From Octopus vulgaris (lineage: Eukaryota), in NCBI GenBank assembly GCA_951406725.2, contig OX597825.1, forward strand, positions 67,456,001 to 67,520,000: DNA of 64,000 bases, written 5' to 3'. Made by a program: the position numbers and the translations under genes. Below, piece by piece: positions 12,415-24,816 of this stretch (position 1 is its first letter; every line of letters starts with the position of its first letter). A model generated the notes under the pieces. That model was not told the DNA's origin and searched no databases. It saw only the letters and a program-made list of their open reading frames with translations.

Positions 12415-12970
12415 ACCCATCCGTTCGTGTCCGCTGTCAGCCTCGTCTGGCACCTGTGCCGGTGATACGTAAAAGCACCATTCGCTCGTGGCCGTTTGCC
12501 AGCTCTGCCTGGCCCCGTGTCGGTGGCACGTAAAAGCACCATCCGTTCGTGTTCGTTGCCAGCCTCGCCTGGCCCCGTGCCGGTGACACGTAAAAGCACC
12601 GTCCGTTCGTGGCCGTTTGCCAGCTCTGTCTGGCCCCGTGTCTGTGGCACGTAAAAGCACCATCCGTTCGTGGCCGTTTGCCAGCTCTGTCTGGCCCCGT
12701 GTCGGTGGCACGTAAAAGCACCATCCGTTCGTGTCCGTTGCCAGCCTCGGCTGGCCCCCGTGCCGGTGACACGTAAAAGCACCGTCCGCTCGTGGCCGTT
12801 TGCCAGCTCTGTCTGGCAACCGTGTCGGTGGCACGTAAAAGCACCATCCGTTCGCGTCCGTTGCCAGCCTTGGCTGGCCCCCGTGCCGGTGACACGTAAA
12901 AGCACCGTCCGTTCGTGGCCGGTTGCCAGCTCTGTCTGGCACCTGTGCAGGTGGCACGTAAAAAACACCC
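12415..12970 (+). repeat. ~61-bp GC-rich tandem array (9 units) in the LINE 3' UTR
   Basis: The anchor (C/T)ACGTAAAAGCACC recurs at about 12467, 12527, 12587, 12648, 12709, 12770, 12832, 12893 and 12954. Confidence 0.95.
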
Positions 12971-13394
12971 ACTACACTCGCGGAGTGGTTGGCGTTAGGA
13001 AGGGCATCCAGCCGTAGAAACACTGCCAGATCTGACTGGGCCTGACGAAGCCTTCCAGCTTCACAGACCCCAGTTGACCCGTCCAACCCATGCTAGCATG
13101 GAAAGCGGACGCTAAACGATGATGATGATGATGATGATATATATATATATATTCATTTCCATGTCTCTCACTTCTTCCAGAAAGCCTGTACACACACACC
13201 AACACCAAAACACCCATATATTACGTCGTTTAAACTGTGGTTTTGCTTATTTTCTTTGTTTCTTAACTTCAGAACTTCCACAAGACATAATTGTATCGGT
13301 TACTACACGTCAATTTTGTCTAAGAACACGAAAGTGGGCGTGTATGCACATTCTACTTTTATTACTTCTGAGGTTTGCAGCATATGTATATATA

Positions 13395-13482
<88 letters not shown>

Positions 13483-13511
13483 ATATATATCTCATTTTGT
13501 CTATCTATCTA

Positions 13512-13552
<41 letters not shown>

Positions 13553-13583
13553 ATATATATCTCATTTTGTCTATCTATCTATC

Positions 13584-13621
<38 letters not shown>

Positions 13622-14239
13622 GAAATGGTGAGAGAGATACACACACCACGAAATATATTTAATATAAATACATAATATATGTGCGGGTGTGTGTGTTAAT
13701 GTATGAAATTGGATATTTGTATGCATAGCTTGTGAATATATGTAACTGTTCATGTGTCTTTCTGTATTCATATATGCACGTAGATATTTGTATTGGAGTA
13801 CCTGTAGTTATTCTATTTAATATCAACGCAACACCTGCAAGATTGCGATTGTATGTAAGGAAAAACAGTAAAAAGGCGGTACATAGGATTTTTATTTTCT
13901 CCCCCGTCTCTCTCTCTCCCCCTCACTCTTTTCCTTTATTTATTTATTTTTTTTTTTTTTTGCTAATCTTTTTTCGGTCAGCAGATATAAAGTAGCAATC
14001 TGTTACCGGGCCTTGGTTAAAAGTTAGAAAGGCGGGTGCAAAGTTCGAAAGGTCGGGTATGCTTACAACAGAGTGATTTACATAAAGACACCCGGCACCC
14101 AAAGTGTTAGGAGGCAGTGTTAATAAGACTACTCTCCAAGTAGGCCATAGCGGAATTTCAACTCAGAAGTCAACGAGCCAGGACAAGGCATCCTGCCCGT
14201 TGCCCTTACAGTTCCAATGATTCATTCCTGAACTGCTTA

Positions 14240-14288
<49 letters not shown>

Positions 14289-14321
14289 CGTCTGTGTGCT
14301 TGTGTGCGTGTGTTTGTATAT

Positions 14322-14727
14322 ACTCTCTTTACTCTTTTACTTCTTTCAGTCATTTGACTGTGGCCATGCTGGAGCACCGCCTTTTAGTCGAACAAATCGG
14401 TCCCAGGACTTATTGTTTGTAAGCCTAGTACTTATTCTATCGGTCTTTTGCCGAACCGCTAAGTTACGGGGACGTAAATACACCAGCACCGGTTGTCAAG
14501 GGATGTTCGGGGGACAAACACAGACACAAACATACACACACACATACATACATATAAACATATATACGACGGGCTTCTTTCAGTTTCCTTCTACCAAATC
14601 CATTCACAAGGCTTTGGTCGGCCCGATGCTATAGTAGAAGATACTTGCCCAAGGTGCCACGCAGTGGGACTGAACCCGGAACCATGTGGTTCGTAAGCAA
14701 GCTACTTACCACACAGCCACACCTATG

Positions 14728-14729
<2 letters not shown>
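14322..14729 (-). mobile_element. tRNA-derived CORE-like SINE with internal microsatellite
   Basis: Reverse complement of the 56217-56632 family (GGCACCTTGGGCAAGT CORE-like motif, AAAGAGT tail). Confidence 0.9.
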
Positions 14730-14779
<50 letters not shown>

Positions 14780-14833
14780 GTACTCTATCTGGTGAGAGTT
14801 AATTGTTATTTAACGAATAAAATATGTTTATAT

Positions 14834-14917
14834 GTGCTACTGTTAGTTTCATGCGACGAAAGCATGCCAAGAACTATTTTCTAACACGTCTGGCGTCTCA
14901 GTGCATTCTTCAGGTAC
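14834..14917 (-). ncRNA. Putative type I hammerhead ribozyme with extended stem II
   Basis: Minus strand reads gtac-CTGAAGA-atgc...gcat-GAAA-ctaacag-TA-gcac. Confidence 0.55.
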
Positions 14918-15225
14918 TGCCCACATAGCATAGCAAACTAAAAATAGGACGATAAGATGTGAGAAAAATGGGAGAAAAGGCGGAAAAGATGTAGATATCG
15001 AAGGTGGAACGTTAAAACCTGGAAAAGGAAACAGAAAGCATAAAGACGGCAAGATGTAGTGAGGCTGATTTATTTCCTGTTTGACCGTTAACTATAAGGC
15101 TAAAAAGATAGTTGCCTTAAGTCTGCGGTGCAGCTACTTAATACGGAGAGGGTTTTATTTTCCACTTCGTCAGTTCGTCAAAAGGAACTTAGCCATATGC
15201 TTACAACCGCTGAAAATTTCAGATA

Positions 15226-15284
<59 letters not shown>

Positions 15285-15795
15285 ATTACGGATATATATT
15301 ACAGAGACTTAAACACACCAACACCGGTTGTGAAGCGGCAGTGTGGGACAAAAACAGATACAAAAACACACGACGAAATTCTTTCAGTTCTTTTCTGCCA
15401 AATCCACTGATTTTGTCTGCCGAGTTTATAGTAGAAGACGCTTACCGAAGGTACCAGGCAGATGGCATGCTGCGAAGCATTCTGTGTATCGCTCCAAAAA
15501 TTATGCATTGTTTATATTTTTATGCTTCTTAATTCGTTTTTGTAGTTTTTACTCTTTATTCTTTCGTCGAAAGGTGGAGAGATCTGGGTGTAATACATCA
15601 AAATATCTATCATTGTAGTGTTGTTGATTATTGTTAAGAACTCGCAGAAAACAGACTCGTGCTGTTTTTAATCAACTTGAAGTAACCCCCGACAGATAAC
15701 CGAAGACGTATTAAAGTAAATGTATAAAAGGTTTATTTTCGTTTTTGTTTTTTTTCTTTTACGTCTTTTGCAGATGTAATGTTATATACATACAT

Positions 15796-15874
<79 letters not shown>

Positions 15875-17802
15875 CTGTATATACTAGTGCACACGTGAAC
15901 GTTCAAGGCTATGTAGGTATACCTATTTGGGTATGTTGAATGATTTCTATATTTGTGGTATAGATTCGTGTGTGCATACGTTTACTAACCAGCACCTGCG
16001 AGGGTAGGAGCCAATCAGCAGCGTAACAACCTACAAGAATGATACACCATAGATGTTTCATGCTGGGATCTCCGAAACCTGATAGTTTTAGCTACACATA
16101 GTCTCTCTCATGAGATACAAGGGCAACATAAGCACACTGTTCTTTATCAATTACGGTAAGTTAATGTTTCTCTCTCTAGAAATTATAAAAGTTAATTCTT
16201 TGAAGTAATTTAACACACCTAACTGTAATAGTTGATGTTATATAATTATTAGCAGTTCAGTATGAATACTAAAGATTACTAACGAGAGTTACGTAATCGC
16301 TGAATATTTGAGAATGCTTGTAAGCTTGTAAGTTTCACCTTTTATAATAGATATTTTTTATTGTTAATGAAACGCGAGTAAGACGACATAAATAAATATC
16401 CAATTTGTTTTGCTTTCTATATATATATATTTGTTGGGAGATAGCGATAGAGAGAGAGAAAGGGACAAACACTCAGACAGACAGATATATAGATCGACTC
16501 TACACAGCTTGTTGACTACTAAATCAGATAATGTTTGCGCTCTGTATAGTATAGTTTTATGTAGATTCTCTGAATATCAAGCTGTTGGTTTTATTGATTA
16601 TTCGTTTCATCCATTTACTTCGTTTCCGGAAACGTAATAGTTACTCTGTCTGTCTGTCTCTCTTTCTCTCTCACCCACTCTCTCTCTCTCTCTCTCTTTC
16701 TCCATACTTTAACTTTCAGTGTCCTTCTTTTAGTTTCCTCTCATCATCTTGAAACAAGCTCTCCAAATATACGTAATACCATATAATATGTGTGTGTGTG
16801 TATGTATTCTTCACGTTGTCAATCCCATTTCTTTATCGTGTGAAAGGCTAATTATCTCATTTATGTCTCTTCTTACAAGTATAACACTATTTTCAACACC
16901 AATCATCATCAATTTTTCCCTGTTTTATTATCTTATATACAACACTAAGGAATCCTTCTTGGTTATTAGTAAAGTTTGAGGGCATACTTGAACATTAGGT
17001 TGTGACTTATTCACCTTGCCAATTAATTCCTTTATTCGCTCTTTCTAAATATAAACGAAAGGGAAATCAAACAGATGTATTAAACAAAAAATATACGTGA
17101 AAGAGAATAGACGTGAAAGAATCTTACCTCTTCAAATATATTTCTTTTCAATCTTGACTTCATATTTTCGACGTTGCCATATCTTAACGAGTTTAAACTT
17201 TACTATAGTGCGATGCTTAGTAGCTTTAATTCTTTCTACAGAATAGTAATATAACCAAGTGTCTTGGCTACAGATCAAATGTAACATCACTCAGTCCCAA
17301 GATACAAGCATCTAATCCTTCAACGTTTGGCCCGTATCCTTTCGAACGGCTTTTCATATCCACGAACGTGTTAATCACACAACGAGTTATAATACAAGTA
17401 TGGACTATACACGTAGAGAAGCAGAAACGTTAAACAAAAGACAAGAATTTAAGATATTCACTTCTCTGATGAGTCTATGTTAGCAGCACTCTTTCTTTTT
17501 GGCAATGTGTTTAAGAAGTTTGTTTCGCAACCACATGCTCCCTGGTTCGATCCTAGTGCAAGGCTTCTTGGGGTTATAAAATTGAGGTAAAGTCCGCTCG
17601 AACTGATAGCCAAGTTAAAATGGCTATGAATATTACTTGTCAGTAAAATAACTGCGTTGATCTCTTAGAGAGATTTTGGAACTAGCAGTATATATATGCG
17701 TCTTTTTATATAAACATGTATGTTTATATGCATATATATTATCGTTTATAAATGTATATATATATATATATATATATATATGTTTATATATTATATATAT
17801 AT

Positions 17803-18150
17803 ATCATATATAATCCGTTCTGTCTGTCTGTGTGTCTTCTAGGATCTCGGACATCCTCCATCCGATTACACTCAAATTTGATATGTAGATACCGACGGTA
17901 TCAGGGCGTGTATAAGTCTTGAAAAAATTACAAAATTCGATTCCAGGTGAGAATGCGATCGATAAAGCCGTGGGAACGTGTATTTGTATGCGCAAGTACA
18001 TCAGCTGTTGCGATCGATACTACGCGTACACGAAAAAAATGCACGTGCTGTTTGCGCAAAAAAAGCCGGCATGTTTGGTGTCTCAAATTTAGGTTAAATC
18101 AGTGTTTCTCAAAGGGGAGGCCTATGGAACGGTCGAACAATTTATTTTGA
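17803..18150 (+). mobile_element. Probable Helitron/Helentron-associated interspersed repeat fragment
   Basis: Starts with TC within (TA)n, followed by (CTGT)n and CCGAT..CTCAAATTTG, typical of DINE/HINE-like elements. No clear 3' terminus. Confidence 0.4.
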
Positions 18151-18160
18151 GAAAATTTGG

Positions 18161-18222
<62 letters not shown>

Positions 18223-18351
18223 GGCAAGCATATATACATATAACTTTCTAAAATGGTTCCTACCGGTAATGGTTATATTTCCATACCGAAATCTACCCGG
18301 AAATAATTGTTGATTTTGAAATTAATAATTATTTACCCTTATATTATTAAT

Positions 18352-18425
<74 letters not shown>

Positions 18426-19006
18426 ATGTATGTATGTATATGTATGTATATGTATGTATGTATATGTATGTATGTATGTATATGTATGTATGTATGTATA
18501 TGTATGTATGTATGTATGTGTGTATGTTCATATGCATGTGCCGTTCAACCCCGCTTGACAACCAGTATTGCTTTGTTTACGTCCTCGTAACCTAGCGATA
18601 CAATAAGTACTGGAATCGATCCGTTCGGCTAAAAAGAAAACAAAGTATTCTTGAAGCTAGTACTCCAGTATGACCGCAGCCTAATGACTGAAATAAGTAA
18701 AATGATTTTAAAACAAAAAGATCATAACGAATGAATTGTGATACTAATTCAGTGTTCCAATGAACATTTTCTGTCTTTTAAGTACAAATATTAAAATTCA
18801 AATGCATCATGAAATGCTTTAAAATTTGTGTACGATATTTATTGGAATTATTTATTACATATAAATTAATCATATAAGTAATCTCATATTTTTCATATTC
18901 ACTAATGAATTACAATTTAAAAATGACTAAAATCTTTACCAGTAGTATCGAAACCATCATAACAACCACCAATACAGATAGATAATACACACACACACAC
19001 ACACAC

Positions 19007-19075
<69 letters not shown>

Positions 19076-19078
<3 letters not shown>

Positions 19079-19382
19079 GGAGTAAACACATAAATGTGAA
19101 ACAAGGTGGAAAAAAGAGTACTCAAATACCAGTGATAGAGTAATATGCTTTATTTAAAGCAGCAGAAAATTCAACAAAATCTGTTACTCTGAGTTTCTCG
19201 TTGCCGTTCATCAGACAGTTTTTGCTAGAATGGAACCGATATATCAATTCAATCTAAACTCTAGAGTCTAGATTGAATTGATATATCGGTTCCATTCTAG
19301 CAAAAACTGTCTGATGAACGGCAACGAGAAACTCAGAGTAACAGATTTTGTTGAATTTTCTGCTACTTTAAATAAAGTATAT
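19076..19382 (-). mobile_element. Penelope-like pLTR with inverted partial copy (fold-back insertion)
   Basis: 19076-19262 is homologous in reverse complement to the 3' end (54150-54335) of the GIY-YIG element. 19143-19382 is a spacerless palindrome. (TA)n flanks both sides. Confidence 0.85.
19307..19344 (+). ncRNA. Minimal type I hammerhead ribozyme (mirror copy on minus strand at 19181-19218)
   Basis: ctgt-CTGATGA-acggcaacga-GAAA-ctcagag-TA-acag. Stem I is ctgt/acag, stem III is palindromic, and the cleavage triplet is GUA. Confidence 0.8.
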
Positions 19383-19400
19383 ATATATATATATTTATAT

Positions 19401-19748
19401 GCGAAGGAGTGGCTGTGTGGTAAGCAGCTTGCTTACCAAACAACATGATTCCGGGTTCAGTCCCACTGCATGGCACCTTGGGCAAGTGTCCTTTGCTACA
19501 GCCTCGGGCCGACCAAAGCCTTGTGATTGAAGAAGCCTTTCGTATATACATATATATATGTGTGTGTTTTTGTGTCTGTGCTTGTCCCTCCCACCGCCAT
19601 CATCACTTGATAACCTATGTTGATGTGTTGAAGTCCCTATAACTTAGCAGTTCGGCAAAAAGTGACTATAAAATAAGTACTAGGCTTACAAAGAATAAGT
19701 TCTGTGGTCGAATATTTCGACTAAAGGCGGTGTTCCAGCATGGGCGCA
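19401..19748 (+). mobile_element. CORE-like tRNA SINE
   Basis: GGAGTGGCTGTGTGGTAAG head, GGTTCAGTCCC B box and GCACCTTGGGCAAGTG. Confidence 0.85.
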
Positions 19749-19794
<46 letters not shown>

Positions 19795-19829
19795 ATTAAG
19801 AGAAGATTGTCTCTGTCGCTTCGAACTTA

Positions 19830-20010
19830 CAGCAGTTGTCGTTGTTGGTGTTGATGATGAAGTTGACGGCGATGGTGATGAGGTTGGCAATTGTGGGGGC
19901 TGCAGATGACGAGGATGATGGTGGTGGCGGTGGTGGTAGTGGTGGTGGTGTTGGAGGTGATGCTGTTGTTAATAACGTTGACAATGATGGCGTCGATGAT
20001 GATGATGATT
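19830..20010. repeat. Low-complexity (GGT/GAT/GTT)n triplet region
   Basis: Read directly. Confidence 0.85.
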
Positions 20011-20199
20011 GATGGTGTTTCAGAATTAGAATGAAATAAGTTGGAAAAATTTAAGCGAAGCTAAACCATTGAGTGGAACAACGAGATGGTATTAAAAGCT
20101 AATGAATGTCAATGTCAAGCAAATGCCTAACTTATAATACTAAATGACGTCTAGAGTTTCAGTTGTTGCTGCTACTAATAATAATGATAATAATAATGA

Positions 20200-20470
20200 T
20201 AATCCTTTCTAGTATAGGTACAAGGGGTGGGAAACACTCGATTACATCGACTCCAGGGCTTAACTTGCTCTTATTTTATCGACCTCGGTGAAATTTGAAA
20301 GCTGAATGTAAAAACGGATGAAAAGCCTTTAAGCATTTCGTCCGGCGTGTTAACGATTCTGCTAGCTCGCCGCCTTAATAATCTTTTCTACTCTAGGTAG
20401 AAGGCCCGAAACTTTTGTGTAGAGGGGGCCAGGCGATTAGATCGACGCCAGTAAGCAATTGGTACTTAAC
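20200..20470 (-). mobile_element. Two diverged Nin/Deu-domain SINE fragments
   Basis: AACGATTCTGCTAGCTCGCCGCC is the reverse-complement head. CGATTACATCGAC...TTTTATCGACC is also present. Confidence 0.75.
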
Positions 20471-20559
20471 TTCTTATTTTAAATTTAACTTTAATTGTAA
20501 TAACAGTTCGATAAATCCCCATAATCGAATGTTGTACATTTGAAAATGTATAAATGCTT

Positions 20560-21090
20560 ACCTGATGGGGATACTCTTCTTTGAAGCAGCTGCTCTCACC
20601 TCTAAGTCATCAGACTTCAACATCGAGTACAGCACATTCTCGAGCTATAAGCTAGCGTATTATACTTCAGGTTCCTGAAAGCAACATTTCTTGAGATTGC
20701 TGCTTGATCCTGTTTATCATGTTGAAGATGTACAGCTGCTAATTGTGGAACTTGCTGTCCTTTTTTGATCTCAAACTGTATACACTTCCACAATGAACTT
20801 GATGGCTAAGTAAAGTTTATGATGCAGTTGCGTGGGGTAAACGTCTGGTCCACAAACACATCAATCTAATTGCCAACGTCAACCATTTTGCATGGTGTAA
20901 TGCTCCAATTTTCCAGGTAGCAAACTTTGGGTTGACATTACCCCTAGGAATTCCTAACACATCCTCTAGAATAAGCGTCTGACCACTACTGAGATCATTC
21001 AGTGTCACCTCATCAAATTCCATGTCATCCAGGGGTCCACTGAATTTGGTGAATTCCACATGTGGCTGATCTTGGTAAGCAATTTACAGA
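20560..21090 (-). pseudogene. Decayed DNA-transposase fragment (hATm-like)
   Basis: Peptides GALHHAKWLTLAIRLMCLW and ENVLYSMLKSDDLEVRAA resemble the PG(A/P)LHHARW...HSEN(L/V)L motifs of hATm-type transposases (from recall). Frameshifted. Confidence 0.5.
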
Positions 21091-21269
21091 GATTTCCCAG
21101 GGGACCACTGGCGAGGAAGAGGAAAACCCCATAATTATGGCGTAGAGAGTGGTGTTCAAAAAGACCAAGTTTCTCTGTAATTTTCGAAGACGAAAACTTT
21201 TTGAAAACGGTCATAAAAATGACGACTCGATGATTAATGGCTGTGAGCTGAAACCGATGCAAAAATCAA

Positions 21270-21511
21270 AGATCACTTGAAAAGAACAAGGTTTTAGGAG
21301 TTCGTGTAAATCCAAGTAAATGCTACGAGGCAACTGCTCACTATCCAAAAGAAAAGACGTTCCAGGAATGCTTCCATCAATGGAAACGACGCTGGACAAC
21401 GTGTGTAGCTTCCGAAGGGGACTACTTCAACGGAAATTAAATGTTGAGTAGATATGTGGGGGGTTTTCTCTGCTATAGTACCAGTACCAATACTTTTTGA
21501 TCAGTCCTGGT
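21270..21511 (+). mobile_element. Mariner 3' fragment with TIR
   Basis: Translates KTFQECFHQWKRRWTTCVASEGDYFNGN*, a mariner C-terminus. Followed by the TIR-like CCAATACTTTTTGATCAGTCCTGG-TA. Confidence 0.75.
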
Positions 21512-21540
21512 ACATGTATGCGTACTCGTATGCATATATA

Positions 21541-21571
<31 letters not shown>

Positions 21572-22431
21572 CTGTCTCGACACACTCACAAACACATATA
21601 TATATGTGTGTGGGTGTGTGCAACTTACATGTATACACACACATTCATACATATCTATGAAAATGCACACACATACACACATATATGTGTATGTATTTAT
21701 GTATACATATATATCGTTGTAGGACTCCTCGTCGCAGATGAGAATATCCCATATTATTTCATGCTGTAATTCTAGTTTCAGTGTGTAACTCTTGTTATGG
21801 GTTGTTTTATTTTTTGTTTTTCGAATTACCGGTGACAATTGGTGCATTTTTGCGTAACTCACTGAGTTGAATAGATATCGAATCGCTCTTGTAATTAGCT
21901 CCTTCACTACTACAGTTAGTTCTCTACAACATTACACTTAAATGAATAAACATATAACATAAATAGGTAGTAGAGACGTAGTAAGGACTAAAATGTCGTA
22001 TATATAGAATAGAATGAAACATTATTTAACTCCATTAAGGATACTATGCTAATCACAAAGAAACTGAAAATATTTATCCAAAAGAAAGAGATATATACCA
22101 GCGAGTTAAAAACGTGACAGAAAATTATAACTTTGAACAAAATGTTAATTTCTTGGAGGCAGTTAAAATTTATCTCACTCTTTATTGTCACATTCTAAAA
22201 GAACATTTACTGTTAGTTTTATTTACAATTTATCTTAACTATATTCTTTGTGTATTTTACATACATTTCATTAAGTTGATGTTTTCAGTAAAATACGGAC
22301 CAGAAAGTTAAGAAAACCGAAAAGATGTTGTCGTAATACTTTTCCTATTTTGTTATATTTTCAATAGATACGTTCAAATAGACGTTAATTTCTTCTATTG
22401 AATATTGGCTTAAAATTTCAACAAAGGGCAG

Positions 22432-22640
22432 CTGGCGACGAGCTGACAGAATTGTTAGTACGCTGAGAAAAATTCTTAGCCCGTCTATTCGTTCTGAGTT
22501 CAAATTCCGCCGAGGTCGACTCAACCTTTTATACTTTCGGGGTCTATAAAATAAGTAGAGGTTATATCGACACTGGGATCAATGTAACCGACTTACCCAC
22601 TCGCAAGAACTTAATGGCTTCGTGCTAAAACTTGAAACCA
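22432..22640 (+). mobile_element. Nin/Deu-domain SINE (diverged)
   Basis: GAGCTGACAGAATTGTTAG...TTCTGAGTTCAAATTCCGCCGAGGTCGAC. Confidence 0.75.
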
Positions 22641-24233
22641 ATAACGTGGTATACCGGCGTCAAACTGACGGTTATCATATCACCATCTTCCATTCACGCT
22701 ACCTTTCTCAGATATAATATATCCAGTGGAAACATTGTATCCTTATTTCGTGCATTATATTACAAGCGTGTATCCGTGTCCAAATTTCACTCTGAATCAT
22801 ACATTACTGCCATCATATTCTAAAACAGTTTTCTTAAACCCATCAAGTCCGTGATGTCTACAATTATTGACGCATCCAAAGGTGACTAGTGTTACAACAT
22901 TCAATCTTAACACTTTTAAAAGCACTGAAACTATGCTCATTATGTATCCCATAGCTGATGAATGGCTTCCCATGTCAAATTGCACTTACCTATTAATTAG
23001 TTCCATATCATGTCACCTTGATATTTGTACTACGTAAATTGTAGATATATTCTCTATGGGCATGTTTATACATACTTACACATGTGTATTTGCATATGTG
23101 CGCGCATGCTTGATAATTGGGTTGTATTATTGTGTGTCTCTTTCTATAACAATATAACCTCCCCTTTACGTTGAATTTGTATAGAAAAGAAATATCCTCA
23201 TTATCATTCCAGTCGCAATGTCGTAATATCATCTTCAGAATCTTGAACAACATCGTCGTCAGATGAACATCATTCTCATCATTATCAGTATCACGGTCTT
23301 GTTGTCAGCACCATACCATTATTATATTTATTAATTTGCAATTAGCAAAGGAACAAGATATCCTGTCCTTCTCAATCAATTTACATGAGATTGCAGGTGT
23401 CCTTTTTATGGTTACAGGCTAAATTGATAAATTTGTATAAAACGAAAAGTATTTGCCCAACTGTCAAATTAAAGACTTTAGCGTTAATAAAAAAGGCTGA
23501 TGCAACTCATAATGCATTCTTAATAAACTATACTTTGTTTTCAAAAAAACTAATGAGATAATCATGAATTAAATACCTTTAATAATAGATCTACTCAGAT
23601 ACATTTGAACAGTGGTTAAACAGCAAGAATATTCATTTCAATTGATATACCCTTGAATAAAATTTGAGGTTATCCTCCTGTGACGAAGAAGTTGAATAAT
23701 GTTTCATTCTATGTACGATATTTTAGTCCTTACTTACGTCTCTAGCACCTATTTATATTATATGTTTATTCATTTAAGTGTAATATTGTAGAAAATATGC
23801 TGGAAAGTATTATAAGTAAATAGGTAAGTATTCCTTTTGGATCTTGCCGATTATCGTGCTTACGGTGATTTATTACTGCTTGGTAGGCATCAACACGGAT
23901 AAGAAAGCAGTTTGTTTACGGAAGAGGTGCAAGGCTGTTCCTGAGTCCCTTGCAATAATGAATCGAGTGTGTAATGAACACAATTATTCGAAAATAAGTT
24001 GTTCTGCTTTGACGGAACATAACAGCGAAAAACATTTCCATGTTCAAATCTGCCTCAACCTATTGCTTTCAAAGCCAACAAGCGCCGGGGAAGGAGTAAG
24101 TCCATTGCATTGACGCCAGTGCTCAACCATTACTTCTTTTATCGACCACAAAATGATTAAAGACACAATCATCTTTGGAAGAATTTAAACTCAGAACGTG
24201 AACACGGACGAAATGCCACTAGGAATATTTCGC

Positions 24234-24637
24234 AGGCGTAGGAGTGGCTGTGTGGTAAGTAGCTTGCTTACGAACTACATGGTTCCGGGTTCAGTCCCAC
24301 TGTTTGGCGCCTTGAGCAAGTGTCTTCTACTATAGCCTCGGGCCGACCAAAGCCTTGTGAGTGGATTTGGTAGACGGGAACTGAAAGAAGCCCGCCGTAT
24401 ATATGTATCTGTATATATATGTGTGTGTGTGTGTGCGTTTGTGTGTCTGTGTTTGTCCCCCAGCATCGCTTGACAACCGCTGCTGGTGTGCTTACGTCTC
24501 CATAACTTAGCGGTTTGGCCAAAGAGACCGATAGAATAAGTACTAGGCTTACAAAGAATAAGTCCTGGGGTCGATTTGCTCGACTAAAGGCGGTGCTCCA
24601 GCATGGCCACAGTGAAATGACTGAAACAAGTAAAAGT
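24234..24637 (+). mobile_element. CORE-like tRNA SINE (full length), abutting a minus-strand Nin-type SINE at 24090-24230
   Basis: Co-linear with 56217-56632. Confidence 0.9.
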
Positions 24638-24713
24638 GTATATATATATATATATATTATTCTGAATATAGAGAGATTAAATGGATATAAATTGATTTAA
24701 TAATTATTTAACA

Positions 24714-24816
24714 TTGCCTACAATTGTTTCGCTTTGCACCCAATATAAATTACGAAACATATATTATAATATAAGTTTGCATTTTGAATAGTCCGGGTGG
24801 AAGATCTTCAGTGCAA
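24714..24816 (-). ncRNA. Putative hammerhead ribozyme with long stem II (second copy 26346-26439)
   Basis: Minus strand reads ttgca-CTGAAGA-tcttccaccc...gggtgcaaagc-GAAA-caattg-TA-ggcaa. Confidence 0.55.

Larger units (their letters stand above)
10129..13138 (+). mobile_element. 5'-truncated RTE-clade LINE inserted in a (TA)n tract
   Basis: RT ORF, a 3' UTR with a tandem array and a (GAT)n tail at 13118-13138. (TA)n flanks both sides. Confidence 0.92.

Noticed and set aside
12415-12970. CRISPR-like array
   Set aside because: The inter-repeat segments are homologous to each other rather than unique spacers, there are no cas genes, and the context is a eukaryotic LINE UTR.
12394-13086. Overlapping 150-230 aa ORFs
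   Set aside because: They are products of a GC-rich tandem repeat lacking stop codons.
17466-17480. Isolated CTGATGA as hammerhead
   Set aside because: There is no downstream GAAA or stem III.
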